From a virus (taxonomy: Duplodnaviria; Caudoviricetes): 64,000 nucleotides of DNA. Made by a program: the position numbers and the translations under genes. This document shows, one piece after another, positions 53,636 through 62,958 of this stretch (position 1 is the stretch's first letter; each line of letters begins with the position of its first letter). The notes beneath the pieces were generated by a model. The model searched no databases. It was given only the letters and a program-made list of their open reading frames with translations, and was not told where the DNA came from. The DNA lies in IMG/VR virus record IMGVR_UViG_2896054739_000007, positions 1 to 64,000 of that record; one strand, written 5' to 3'.

Positions 53636-54673
53636 TTATTTTCCAAACAACTCTTCTACACATCTATCCATCTCATATCCCAATTTCACACAATTACCAT
53701 GCGATATATGATTCTTCCATACATTATAGCTTTCATAAAATTTCTCTTTGCCCAATTTTCCACACTTTACTAATCCAACCATTTTCTTAAATTTCTTCTT
53801 AGCAGCACGCTTATTCTCATTCTTCAACTTACGAATCACTTTTCCATTAGAAGTCACATATGTATGAAAACCACAAAACTTAATTCCATTCTTAAATGGA
53901 ATAATCTGAGTTTTTCCATTCAATTCAAGACCTAGTGTATATACAAACTCATAAATTACAGACAAACACCATTTAGCATACTCTCTGTCCTGGACTATCA
54001 AATAAAAATCATCCATGTATCTACCATAGTATTTGACACCAAGCTCTCCTGTGATGAAGTGATCCAACCCTGATAAATATAGAAGTGCATAAACCTGACT
54101 AATCTGATTGCCTAAAGGAAGCCCTACTCCCTCAGTACTATCAATAAACTTCTCACACAGCCAATACACTTCTTTATCTTCTATAAAATATTTCAAAATA
54201 TCCTTCAAAATATCGTGATTGATATTATAAAAGAACTTACTGATATCAGCTTTCACAATCCAACAATCATAACCATACTTCTGATATGCCAAATACATTT
54301 GTGCTTTCAGACAATCTAAGCCAAATAATGTACCTTTGCCAATTTGCCCAGCGTAGTTTGTTTGAATAAACTCATTACTCAACCTTGGAATCAATACATT
54401 ATCACATAGACTATGCTGTACAATTTTATCTACAAATGAGCACGACTTAATGACCCTTTCTTTTGGCTCATATATCGTAAATTCATTGTATTTTGATACT
54501 TGATATGTCTTTGTTTTTAATCTTCTCTTTATTTGATGGATTCCATCAAGAGCTGCTACTTGAAATTTCTGACTGCTTTTTGAAAAACCTTTACCTGATT
54601 TAGATTTTAAAAATGCTTGATACAAATTGCCGAAATCTACTACTTTTTCAAAATCTGATTTATCTTCTATCAT
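53636..54673 (-). CDS. DGR reverse transcriptase
   Basis: KADISKFF, GLPLGNQISQ (GxxxSQ), YGRYMDD, FCGF. Confidence 0.95.
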   Translation of the reverse strand: MIEDKSDFEKVVDFGNLYQAFLKSKSGKGFSKSSQKFQVAALDGIHQIKRRLKTKTYQVSKYNEFTIYEPKERVIKSCSFVDKIVQHSLCDNVLIPRLSNEFIQTNYAGQIGKGTLFGLDCLKAQMYLAYQKYGYDCWIVKADISKFFYNINHDILKDILKYFIEDKEVYWLCEKFIDSTEGVGLPLGNQISQVYALLYLSGLDHFITGELGVKYYGRYMDDFYLIVQDREYAKWCLSVIYEFVYTLGLELNGKTQIIPFKNGIKFCGFHTYVTSNGKVIRKLKNENKRAAKKKFKKMVGLVKCGKLGKEKFYESYNVWKNHISHGNCVKLGYEMDRCVEELFGK

Positions 54674-54792
54674 AATATTTTGTTCCTTTATATTTATCCT
54701 GACATCTTCGTGTTAGGAAAGGTTGTTTATTCTTTTGATATCGGGACTCTAATTTCAGTGTTTCTCTTACTTTCATTCGTCTTCCGATCCAG

Positions 54793-54875
54793 AACGGACG
54801 CACGCCTTTGTCATTCCAGTTGCAGTCGTTATAGTTCACATTGCCATTGGAGTTAACGTATTGAACATAGTGGGT
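54793..54875 (-). repeat. DGR template repeat (TR)
   Basis: AAC/AAT-rich 83-bp copy of the VR, between avd and RT. Confidence 0.93.
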
Positions 54876-54896
54876 CATACAACAAACAACCTAAAA

Positions 54897-55265
54897 TTAT
54901 CTCTCTTTATCTTTTGAACGCCATGCAATACTCATATATTTCACATCATTTATTTGTTTCTGCCAATATCCTACTGTATCACTTCCAATTAATTTCAATT
55001 TCATAGAAAGTTCCACATAACAAGACAACTTATCACAACATGAAATTGCTTTTGTTTGTAATTCTTGGCGTTCCGATTTTGAAGTATCCAATTTCAGCCT
55101 ATTTGCATCAAGCAAATATTCATATATATCCATACAGCGATTTTGGATGCGTTTTACCAATGTTAAATGCTTAACTGGATACCTCTTTCGGTTTGATGTA
55201 ATTGTCATAGTATATTCCATAAGATTTATTGCTTTTACAATAACATCCAGTTTCGCTTCGCTCAC
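54897..55265 (-). CDS. avd: Avd accessory protein
   Basis: 122-aa basic helical protein (YP..H..L..RI; W...I..V....AW) between VR and TR. Confidence 0.85.
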   Translation of the reverse strand: MSEAKLDVIVKAINLMEYTMTITSNRKRYPVKHLTLVKRIQNRCMDIYEYLLDANRLKLDTSKSERQELQTKAISCCDKLSCYVELSMKLKLIGSDTVGYWQKQINDVKYMSIAWRSKDKER

Positions 55266-55306
55266 TGGTTTTCCCTGCTCCTTTCAGTTGCTCATCGGCT
55301 ACCTAC

Positions 55307-55324
55307 GGAATGCTGACGCATTCC
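55307..55324. promoter_or_regulatory. DGR target-recognition hairpin downstream of the VR
   Basis: GGAATGC-TGAC-GCATTCC, about 45 bp after the target stop codon. Confidence 0.6.
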
Positions 55325-55366
55325 TAGTTACTGGCTACCCGATAGTTTTTTGCAAGATTCAAAGAT

Positions 55367-56137
55367 TTAAGATTGAAGGATGAAAAACGGACGCACACCC
55401 TTGTCATTCCAGAAACAGCCGTTGTAGCCCACATTGCCACAGGAGCCAACGTACTGAACACAGAGGGCATCGTTTCTCTTCGGTGTCTGATTAGGATTAG
55501 CAAGCCAATACCAATTATCAATCAACGGAATACTTTCACCAAACTTCATAAGCAACTGAATATTTGGGATTGCTAAAATATCGCCTTCAACACTTCCATA
55601 ATCTTTAAATCCATCCATAGAAGTCAAATCAAGAGAAATCGGAACAAGTTTATCTCCAAATTCTTTCTTTAAATCCTCAGACAATTCACTATTAATAAGA
55701 TCATTTCGTACATAAGATTCTACATAATTATTTGTTTTACCAAACTCTGACTTTTTAAGAATTCCATTCATGAAGTAATATGTACAATCTCCATCCTGTA
55801 CACTTGTCCAATAATGCCCGCAAATAAATTTGAACTGTTTTCTCCACTCATTCATATATTCTTCAACTGCATTTCTAAAATCCTGCTCATATCTCTCTGG
55901 GTCTCTTTCGTACCAATCAGGTACAATATCCTGATCGACCTTATATCTCCAGTCTTTTACATTGGTCATTTTATCATTATTTTTAGGAATTAACTCTGCT
56001 CTTACAAATGTTTTAGATGCATTCATGTGAGTATCCTCAATCCCAAGATTCTCTAACAAATCCGAATGACTTTCATTTCCTTCTGGTGCTAAAACAACCC
56101 TGTTCTTCAAAATAATTCCACTTTTAAAATTACACAT
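55367..56137 (-). CDS. DGR target protein with C-terminal CLec-like (DUF6273-type) domain
   Basis: WYWLANP...V.YV...G.V.Y......GVRPFF C-terminus containing the VR. Confidence 0.88.
   Translation of the reverse strand: MCNFKSGIILKNRVVLAPEGNESHSDLLENLGIEDTHMNASKTFVRAELIPKNNDKMTNVKDWRYKVDQDIVPDWYERDPERYEQDFRNAVEEYMNEWRKQFKFICGHYWTSVQDGDCTYYFMNGILKKSEFGKTNNYVESYVRNDLINSELSEDLKKEFGDKLVPISLDLTSMDGFKDYGSVEGDILAIPNIQLLMKFGESIPLIDNWYWLANPNQTPKRNDALCVQYVGSCGNVGYNGCFWNDKGVRPFFILQS
55386..55468 (-). repeat. DGR variable repeat (VR)
   Basis: 83 bp; 14 mismatches at TR adenines and 3 synonymous non-A mismatches. Confidence 0.93.
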
Positions 56138-57086
56138 AATATCTCTCCTTTTCTATTTGTGTGTTTAATATATACTTCTCTTTTTGCACTTGAAAGTTTC
56201 ATTTTATTGACTTCTTGACTAAATTTCCGCAACAATATGTACCAACCATGTCAAAAGTCTGTTTACATTTACATTGTTTCTTCTTTACATCATCATCAGA
56301 CATCCAAACCTGATGTAGTCTGCACCAATATGTAGGATTTTTGCAGATTTTATTGTCAAGCCCCATGAATGGGTGTCTTTGGTCTGCTATTTGGTAGGTC
56401 ATTGGGTATCACTCCAATCTCTGACCGCATTTGTGGCAATAATTACTCCCACCGACCGGTTCTGTGCCGCAAACGGGGCATTCATAACTATTAAAACCGC
56501 AATATGAATCTAAAACCCTTTTCTTCCCCCTCTGCCTTTCCCTTGCCTCCCAGCATTCTTCGACTGTGCCGATTGCTCGGTATTGCTGGATTTCTTCAAG
56601 AGAAGATATGGAAAGAGTTAGTGCATCCGAAAATTTGCAGAAATCCTTCAATTCTTTATCGCTCATATCCTTTCCCCTAGCAAAATTCATTCTATCTTCA
56701 CAAAACTTTGCAATTAGTTTCTTTGCTTCATTCTCCGTCATCCTATCACCTCACACCACAAAATCAAATTTTCATTGACAAAACATACTAATAAAGCATT
56801 TGTCCGCAACCACAATATCCTGGATATTTCATCAAGTTGTGACACTTTGGACAAAAATATTTTCCTTCAATTATTTCTCTTGAAATTGCGACTTGTTTTT
56901 CCAGAGCAATAATCGCTACAGAAATTGCTTGCCCCAATTCACATTCAGTATCGTCAAAACCGCCTACATATCTTCCATCAATCATTTTTGCAGTTTTTGG
57001 ATAATTTTTCTTTAATATTTCTATTGCATCTCTAGCTTCCATATAATTCTCCAACCTTTCCACGAAATGAATTTTTCATCGCCTTA

Positions 57087-57662
57087 TTAATTAATCAATT
57101 CCATATCTTTTTCTATTAAACTGTTAATATATTGAGTTATATTTAACCCATATTTTCCACGTTTATCTATTACTTGCTCATACAATCGAATAGGAACAGC
57201 AACATTAATTAATTTTGATGGTTCTTTTGTTTTCGGTCTTCCTGGTCGTCTTTTTGTATTTTGGCATTCAATCCATTTTAATACATCTTTATAAGACTTT
57301 TTACCGCCACTATTTTGTTTTTCAAATGTTGTAAATTTATGTTGCAAGATAGGCTTTAACATTTCTATGTATTTTTGTTCTTCTGAATTTACTTCATTTC
57401 TATCATTTGTTTTCAATTGCTTCATTTTTACAGTATCAAACATCAAATTGTCTATATGTATTTTTAGTCTTGTAATAGGATTAACATTTGTTTGTCCAAC
57501 ATATAAACACTTTTGTTCTTCCATATCATGAGTTTCAAGAACATAAATTATACTTTTATTCAAGTCCCCATCTCTATTACAAGATAAATCAAAATCTAAC
57601 TGAATATGACTATTTAGATTTTCATCAACCTTATAAACTCTTAAATCCTGCACTACATTCAC
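57087..57662 (-). CDS. GIY-YIG-like domain with C-terminal ribbon-helix-helix-like region
   Basis: IIYVL...LYVGQT...RLKIH; GRPK...INVAVP...NITQYINSLIEKD. Confidence 0.6.
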   Translation of the reverse strand: MNVVQDLRVYKVDENLNSHIQLDFDLSCNRDGDLNKSIIYVLETHDMEEQKCLYVGQTNVNPITRLKIHIDNLMFDTVKMKQLKTNDRNEVNSEEQKYIEMLKPILQHKFTTFEKQNSGGKKSYKDVLKWIECQNTKRRPGRPKTKEPSKLINVAVPIRLYEQVIDKRGKYGLNITQYINSLIEKDMELIN

Positions 57663-57843
57663 TCCTTTACAAGTTCCTTTTCTACAGAATATTTTAAATT
57701 TTCACATACATATCCTTTGTTTAATTCTTCTTCAACCAGCTCTGAAATATCATCGGTAGAATTGTCTGTGATATCTATTTCCACATCTGTATAAAATGAA
57801 CACTTCACCCTAAATCGTCTTTTCATAAATCCTCCGTTTAAAC

Positions 57844-57891
57844 ACACTATATACTGTATTTTCTGTGTTTGCTATATACTATATATAGTAC
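57844..57891. promoter_or_regulatory. Tandem NrdR-box pair
   Basis: acaCTATATACTGtat (57844) and ataCTATATATAGtac (57876), 32 bp apart. Confidence 0.65.
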
Positions 57892-58507
57892 ATGAGTTGC
57901 CATAAAATGTTAGATTCATTGGGTATCAAATTACATCTTCTGTGTAATCTGATACATCAATTAACCAATTCCCTTCATCATCTTTAACATTAAGTAATAT
58001 TAGCCATGAAACAATTCGATGATATAGAACTTCATAAAATTCTGTACAACCATCCGCATTTAACCATCGTTTTTCCTGAAATGCTTCATCAACAATTACA
58101 TTCTGCCAAAAACTCCTAATTCTATCTGGTGTAAGAAACACTTCTACACATCTGTTAAACCATAAATGAAGCATAAACTTATATGATAAAACAGGAAGTT
58201 TTTCTTTTGGAATACAATAATATTTTCTATAATATGCGTCTAAAGCATCTTCTAATGTTTTATATTTATCCTGATCATAAAGACCTTTACATATCATAAG
58301 AATATCGTTTTCTGTAGTTTTCACTGTAACTCTCCTCAAATATTCATTAATGCAATTACATCTGCTACTGAAATATGTTTTTCTTTTGCTTTGCTAATAA
58401 TTTTATCATGATCAGGATCAAATCCAGATTTATCATCACATCCACATTCGCATCCATCGTATTCATCATAACATGTACAGAAATAACACTTATCAAATTC
58501 ATTCATA

Positions 58508-59350
58508 TTACACCTCTCCTACATTCACAAACCGTTCAATATATTCTCTGCCATCACCTTTGAAAATTGGAATATCATAATCAACAATCCAATTATTCTC
58601 ACCCTGTTTCGGATCACGCAATATACACTTTTCCTTTACGCCATCTGATTCAAGAATAATTCGATTTCTAACCACACAGCTCCCACGCTTCTGATATGTA
58701 GGAAAGTCATTCCAATTAATACCTTTCTGAGTCATGAGCATATCCTGAATGTCATTACAAGATTTAAACTGTAACTCCTTATGACTGAAATTTGCTTGTC
58801 CTACCATCTGAATACTATTTCTGGATGCGTCAAGTTGCCGCCAGTAGAAGTAATTTGTCGCTTCTTCTCGTGGAATATTAAAGACTCTGGCATCAAACAT
58901 GGCTCCTGAATAAGCAACCTCAAAATATCTATCCATTGTTTTTGTATTATCAACCTTCAAATCAGACACAGTTTCACTGAATATCCGATTAAAAGCCATA
59001 GTCGCCATACTTGCAGAAATACTACACATTTTCTGTATTTCATAATCAAACCATGCCGACGTTTCAAATCTCTGATAATCAATTAGTAACAAAGAAATTT
59101 CATCTGACTGTGTATAGGCTAATGAGCAACCTTGTATATTCTCGCAAAGATATTTCGCTGTTTCCTGCATTGTCATAATAAGAACATCATCAAAAGGTCT
59201 TTTGAATCCTCTGGTGAATGTATGAAACGCCTTACCATCAATCCGAATCACAACTGGCGTTCTTCTCATTAATTTTGTCTTAGGGATTTCTTCATAAAAT
59301 GTTTTCATTCGATTTCCTAAATCATCTCTCTTCATTTTCTTATCACTCAT
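58508..59350 (-). CDS. tRNA(His) guanylyltransferase Thg1-like
   Basis: RIDGKAFHTFT, YTQSDEISL, FDARVF, WRQLDASRNS, KRG. Confidence 0.93.
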   Translation of the reverse strand: MSDKKMKRDDLGNRMKTFYEEIPKTKLMRRTPVVIRIDGKAFHTFTRGFKRPFDDVLIMTMQETAKYLCENIQGCSLAYTQSDEISLLLIDYQRFETSAWFDYEIQKMCSISASMATMAFNRIFSETVSDLKVDNTKTMDRYFEVAYSGAMFDARVFNIPREEATNYFYWRQLDASRNSIQMVGQANFSHKELQFKSCNDIQDMLMTQKGINWNDFPTYQKRGSCVVRNRIILESDGVKEKCILRDPKQGENNWIVDYDIPIFKGDGREYIERFVNVGEV

Positions 59351-60029
59351 GACTATTTCTCCTACAGTTCATCAACCTTTTTGTGCATCAAATCCAACAG
59401 TTCCTTTTTCTGTTCCTGTAACTCCTTAATTGCAAGTGCAGTAACCTCAACACTTAATCCACAATTCGATATATAATTCTGCTTCTTGGTAATTTCAAAT
59501 ACTGCACTTTCCAACTCAGCTAATGACATTGGTAGAGTTTTCTTACACTCCTTATCACCAAAAATAATACATCTGCCATAATTCATAATATTTTTCTCCT
59601 TTTCTCTTCAATTTTCCCTTTGAAATGCGGCTTCTATTACATGCATAACATATTCATCAATTCACAGACTGGTGCAAAATAAGGTTTCTGTCTCACCACG
59701 AAATCTTTTTCAAATTCGGAAATCAACTTTTGTAATTCTTCATATTTTTTATTGATTTCGCAAATCCTTTTCTGTCTTTCTTTCTCAAGTTTTTCTTTCA
59801 TTGCTTTACCATCCCGCATTTTCTGCTCATGTTCACAACATTCCTGCTCTGTATTAAATACCTTATTATCATCACTTATATATCTCACTGTTCAATAGCC
59901 TCCTTATTGAAATAAATAATTTGTCCGTTTTCTGTCGAAACGTTTTTTCTTGTTATATTATTCTCCTTCCTCGTTTTGGAATTAACATACTCCTGAAAAT
60001 TAATAATAATTGCCATCTTCTTATCCTCT

Positions 60030-61400
60030 TTATGCACATTTTTTAATATACTGTTCGAAATCATTTTTCATATGTAAGAAATTTCTTTTTTGATCCACAA
60101 AATATGTATTGTTTTTACTTGCGTAATCTGCCATCCATTTATCCAAATCTTTATCTTCTTTATATGAATAAATCATCATTGCCAGTAATGATAATCTATT
60201 TTGTTTATCCAACAATTTGGAACCGATCTTTACCGTATTATCCAGCAACTTATCAAGTGTATCGTTGTAGTCCTCTAAATCATCACTGAATTCATCAACA
60301 TCTATATCAAGATTCTCTACGATAAATTTTTCTACATTGACAGAAGAACAATCTTCACCTGCATTATCTAAAAATTCATTCATAAGAGCATCAATTAATT
60401 CCAATTTATCTGTAATGACTTGTTTAGCCTTAGTACTGCTACTCTGCTTGATCTCGTCAAAAATAAGTCCATTTCTATTTCTACGATTTCCTCTATAGTT
60501 TGTTTTAAATTCTCTTAAGAAATCTGCAAATTTTGTATCACTGACTCCAAGTTTTGTAAATCTATCAAATACTGTCAAAAAGATAAAGGAATCCTTTTTA
60601 TTGAAAATATCTTTAATATCATCTGTAATGATATTCTCTAATCTATGTAAATTCTTTTCCAATATATCAAATTCATTTTCAGTTGCATTATCATTGATAT
60701 ATTTAAACAGTCGCTTTGCCTCCTTAGTCCATGCTTCAAAATGATTCATACACATAATTGTTTCAACAATAATTCTCTCAACAACACCTTTTTCATTATC
60801 GTTATCAGAATAAACATTACATTCTAAGAAAAATCTACTATCCATCATTTTACGAATACGATTAGCAAATTTATCAATATATGTAAACGCCTTCTGATTT
60901 GTATTCATTGAAGAGTGCTCATTGTAACGCTTGATATATGTTGCTATTCTATTTTTGTCACAGTTTTCGTGGATAACTGTCTCAATCTGATAAGCATTAA
61001 ACTTCTTCTTCAATTCTTCTGGAAGCTGATCATAAGTTTTTCCTTTTATATCAAAAGTGGCATCTTCCCAAATAATATTGCCATTTTCATCCTTTACTTT
61101 CTTCTTATATGAAATTAATGAGTTTTCGACAGAAGATGTAATCTTATAATTACCATATCTATACATCATAAAAGCGGCAGTCCTACTACCTCCATCAACA
61201 ATATCTAACTGACTATTATCTTCTTCCGCTAAAATAATAGGAGGAATATAATCATCCGTGAGAATTGTTACAATAAGTCCATTAATTATTGCTTTCCATG
61301 CCGGTTTTCTCTGAGTGTCGGCATTATTTGAAATATCTCCATCTTTATTACCATTTAAATAAGTTTCTAAAGGATATGTTTGTTTTCTAGGTCTTGCCAT
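60030..61400 (-). CDS. DUF262/ParB-like domain protein
   Basis: QR...W, IPPIILAE, IVDGGSR. Confidence 0.65.
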   Translation of the reverse strand: MARPRKQTYPLETYLNGNKDGDISNNADTQRKPAWKAIINGLIVTILTDDYIPPIILAEEDNSQLDIVDGGSRTAAFMMYRYGNYKITSSVENSLISYKKKVKDENGNIIWEDATFDIKGKTYDQLPEELKKKFNAYQIETVIHENCDKNRIATYIKRYNEHSSMNTNQKAFTYIDKFANRIRKMMDSRFFLECNVYSDNDNEKGVVERIIVETIMCMNHFEAWTKEAKRLFKYINDNATENEFDILEKNLHRLENIITDDIKDIFNKKDSFIFLTVFDRFTKLGVSDTKFADFLREFKTNYRGNRRNRNGLIFDEIKQSSSTKAKQVITDKLELIDALMNEFLDNAGEDCSSVNVEKFIVENLDIDVDEFSDDLEDYNDTLDKLLDNTVKIGSKLLDKQNRLSLLAMMIYSYKEDKDLDKWMADYASKNNTYFVDQKRNFLHMKNDFEQYIKKCA

Positions 61401-61440
61401 TTTAAATTTCCTCCTATTATTTTCAACAATATACTGTCTC

Positions 61441-61998
61441 TTAAAATAAAACTGAAACATTTCTATATGAATGAATAGCAGCATAACAATCTGCATATTC
61501 TTTTTCACTTAATTGTAATTCTTCTCGAATCTCATTTGGAAGATAACCCACTATATTAAGCCTTAATACCTCTTTCTGAAGAGTTGAAAGTCGACTGAGA
61601 TATTGCAACATTCGTTGACTATATCCTTCTTCATTACCTTCAAATAATTCTTTCTCAATAGAGAAATCAGATGCAATCATATCTCCAATAGTACAATTCT
61701 CATCATCCCCAATCGGTGTATCAATTGAAATCGACATTCTATCTGCTTTACGTTTTTCACAATTTCTTCTTGTCATTTCTGTCTTAATTTTATTTAACAA
61801 ACATGAATACAGAAATGCATCAAATGATTGAGAATCATCGTATCTTGCCATTACATCTACAAATACTTCATTAGACAATGAATAAAAGTCATCTACATCT
61901 TTATCTGATAAACCTCCAAATCTCTTTAAAATCTTATCAACTACCTTATGAAGTTTTTTTGCATTATCTGCATAATATTTATTTAATATCTGTTCCAT
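61441..61998 (-). CDS. Sigma-70-family sigma factor
   Basis: DD.......F......YD....F.AFLY region 2; SIDTPIGDD; region-4-like C-terminus. Confidence 0.75.
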   Translation of the reverse strand: MEQILNKYYADNAKKLHKVVDKILKRFGGLSDKDVDDFYSLSNEVFVDVMARYDDSQSFDAFLYSCLLNKIKTEMTRRNCEKRKADRMSISIDTPIGDDENCTIGDMIASDFSIEKELFEGNEEGYSQRMLQYLSRLSTLQKEVLRLNIVGYLPNEIREELQLSEKEYADCYAAIHSYRNVSVLF

Positions 61999-62113
61999 AT
62001 TGATACACCCTCTTGAAAATTTTATGTACTATTTATTTCTACATTTCTCTGATGCTCTACTCATGCACTCCTGAAAATTCGGTTCTTTTGTATAAACTTT
62101 GTCATGACATTTT

Positions 62114-62743
62114 TTACACAACACTCTCTGTTTCCTCCTCTTCAACCACTCGATATGTAAATTTTCTTTTTGTTAAGCCTGTAACTACTTTATCAATTGT
62201 ATTTCGATCAAGATTTCTAAAATCCATCTTTAGCACACTTGATAGAACAAGCATCTCATTCTTTATATATCTTCTCTTTTCTCTATTTTCTTTTACCCTA
62301 TTTCTCTCTTGCCACCCTCCATATAAATCAATTTTTCCTTCAAATTCAATTTCATGAATTATATTAATAAATTCTTTGTCTATTTCGGACAATGCTTTGT
62401 TTAGTTCTTTTTTTCGTTTTTGTGCTTCTTTTAAGATATCATCACAAATTCCGAACTTTTCTACCCATTGCTTAATTTGATCCGATACTATATAATTTCC
62501 TCCTTCTATTACACACTTTTCAGCGTTACTATTTAAAATTTCTTTTGGCTGTATATCTGGAATAGCCTCAACTATAAAATTTAATTTTTTTAATGTTTTA
62601 GGCAAATTACTCAGAATATTTTTTGCTTTTGACTGTTCAAATAATGTCTTTTCATGTTCTGCACATGTAACAGGTGTTCCATTTTTATTGAGTCGAATGT
62701 ACAGATTCTTATGATTTTTAATTACATAGTCCATTTTTTTCAT
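62114..62743 (-). CDS. Hypothetical phage protein
   Basis: 209-aa ORF with AAAGGA SD. Confidence 0.6.
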   Translation of the reverse strand: MKKMDYVIKNHKNLYIRLNKNGTPVTCAEHEKTLFEQSKAKNILSNLPKTLKKLNFIVEAIPDIQPKEILNSNAEKCVIEGGNYIVSDQIKQWVEKFGICDDILKEAQKRKKELNKALSEIDKEFINIIHEIEFEGKIDLYGGWQERNRVKENREKRRYIKNEMLVLSSVLKMDFRNLDRNTIDKVVTGLTKRKFTYRVVEEEETESVV

Positions 62744-62808
62744 CCTTTCTTATAAAATTCCCTAAAAATGGGTATAAAAAATACAGTGTACTTAAAACAC
62801 TGATTTAA

Positions 62809-62882
62809 TGGATTCTCTGGGGCTCAACCCCGGGACTGCTCGGTTACGAGCCAAGTTTTCTAACCGACTGAAATAAGAACCC
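62809..62882 (-). tRNA. Atypical or pseudo tRNA, anticodon CGT (Thr)
   Basis: GGGTTCT/AGAATCC acceptor stem, TTTC/GAAA D stem, CTTGG-CTCGTAA-CCGAG anticodon arm; T loop degenerate. Confidence 0.6.
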
Positions 62883-62886
62883 ATAA

Positions 62887-62958
62887 CTGGGCTAACCAGA
62901 TTCGAACTGGTGAATGCAGGAGTCAAAGTCCTGTGCCTTACCGCTTGGCGATAGCCCA
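62887..62958 (-). tRNA. tRNA-Gln(TTG)
   Basis: TGGGCTA/TAGCCCA acceptor stem, CAGGA-CTTTGAC-TCCTG anticodon arm, TTCGAAT T loop. Confidence 0.93.

Larger units (their letters stand above)
49265..53663 (-). other. Small hypothetical ORFs (49265-49564, 49577-49822, 49809-50243, 50378-50545, 51786-52544, 52603-52968, 52993-53304, 53337-53663)
   Basis: ORF track and SD sequences. Confidence 0.6.
53636..56137 (-). mobile_element. Diversity-generating retroelement: target(VR)-avd-TR-RT
   Basis: All four components in BPP-1-like order; TR/VR differences mostly at TR adenines. Confidence 0.95.
5938..59636. repeat. Dispersed 16-bp palindrome family T(G/A)AAA-N6-TTT(C/T)A at gene junctions (about 33 copies)
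   Basis: Exact copies start at 7482, 8950, 12716, 13136, 14349, 15475, 29561, 30482, 31344, 32323, 33701, 36062, 37752, 43177, 44956, 52578, 56191. Near-matches start at 5938, 12038, 12444, 35234, 38181, 39604, 41888, 42913, 46936, 49565, 50568, 53320, 56759, 57063, 57903, 59621. Confidence 0.9.

Noticed and set aside
54660-54878. 72-aa ORF as a protein-coding gene
   Set aside because: It is the DGR template repeat read in the VR frame; TR acts as RNA
5938-59636. Junction palindrome as CcpA cre sites or intrinsic terminators
   Set aside because: cre has a 4-bp centre with conserved CG, whereas these have a free 6-bp centre; the stems are too weak and often mismatched in the mRNA
2241-62357. 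Most + strand ORFs in the track (for example 6040-6537, 21775-22188, 26582-27082)
   Set aside because: Antisense shadows of well-supported - strand genes, with no recognisable motifs
62809-62882. Initiator tRNA for the ACG start at 39578
   Set aside because: Lacks the C1:A72 mismatch and the three consecutive G-C anticodon-stem pairs
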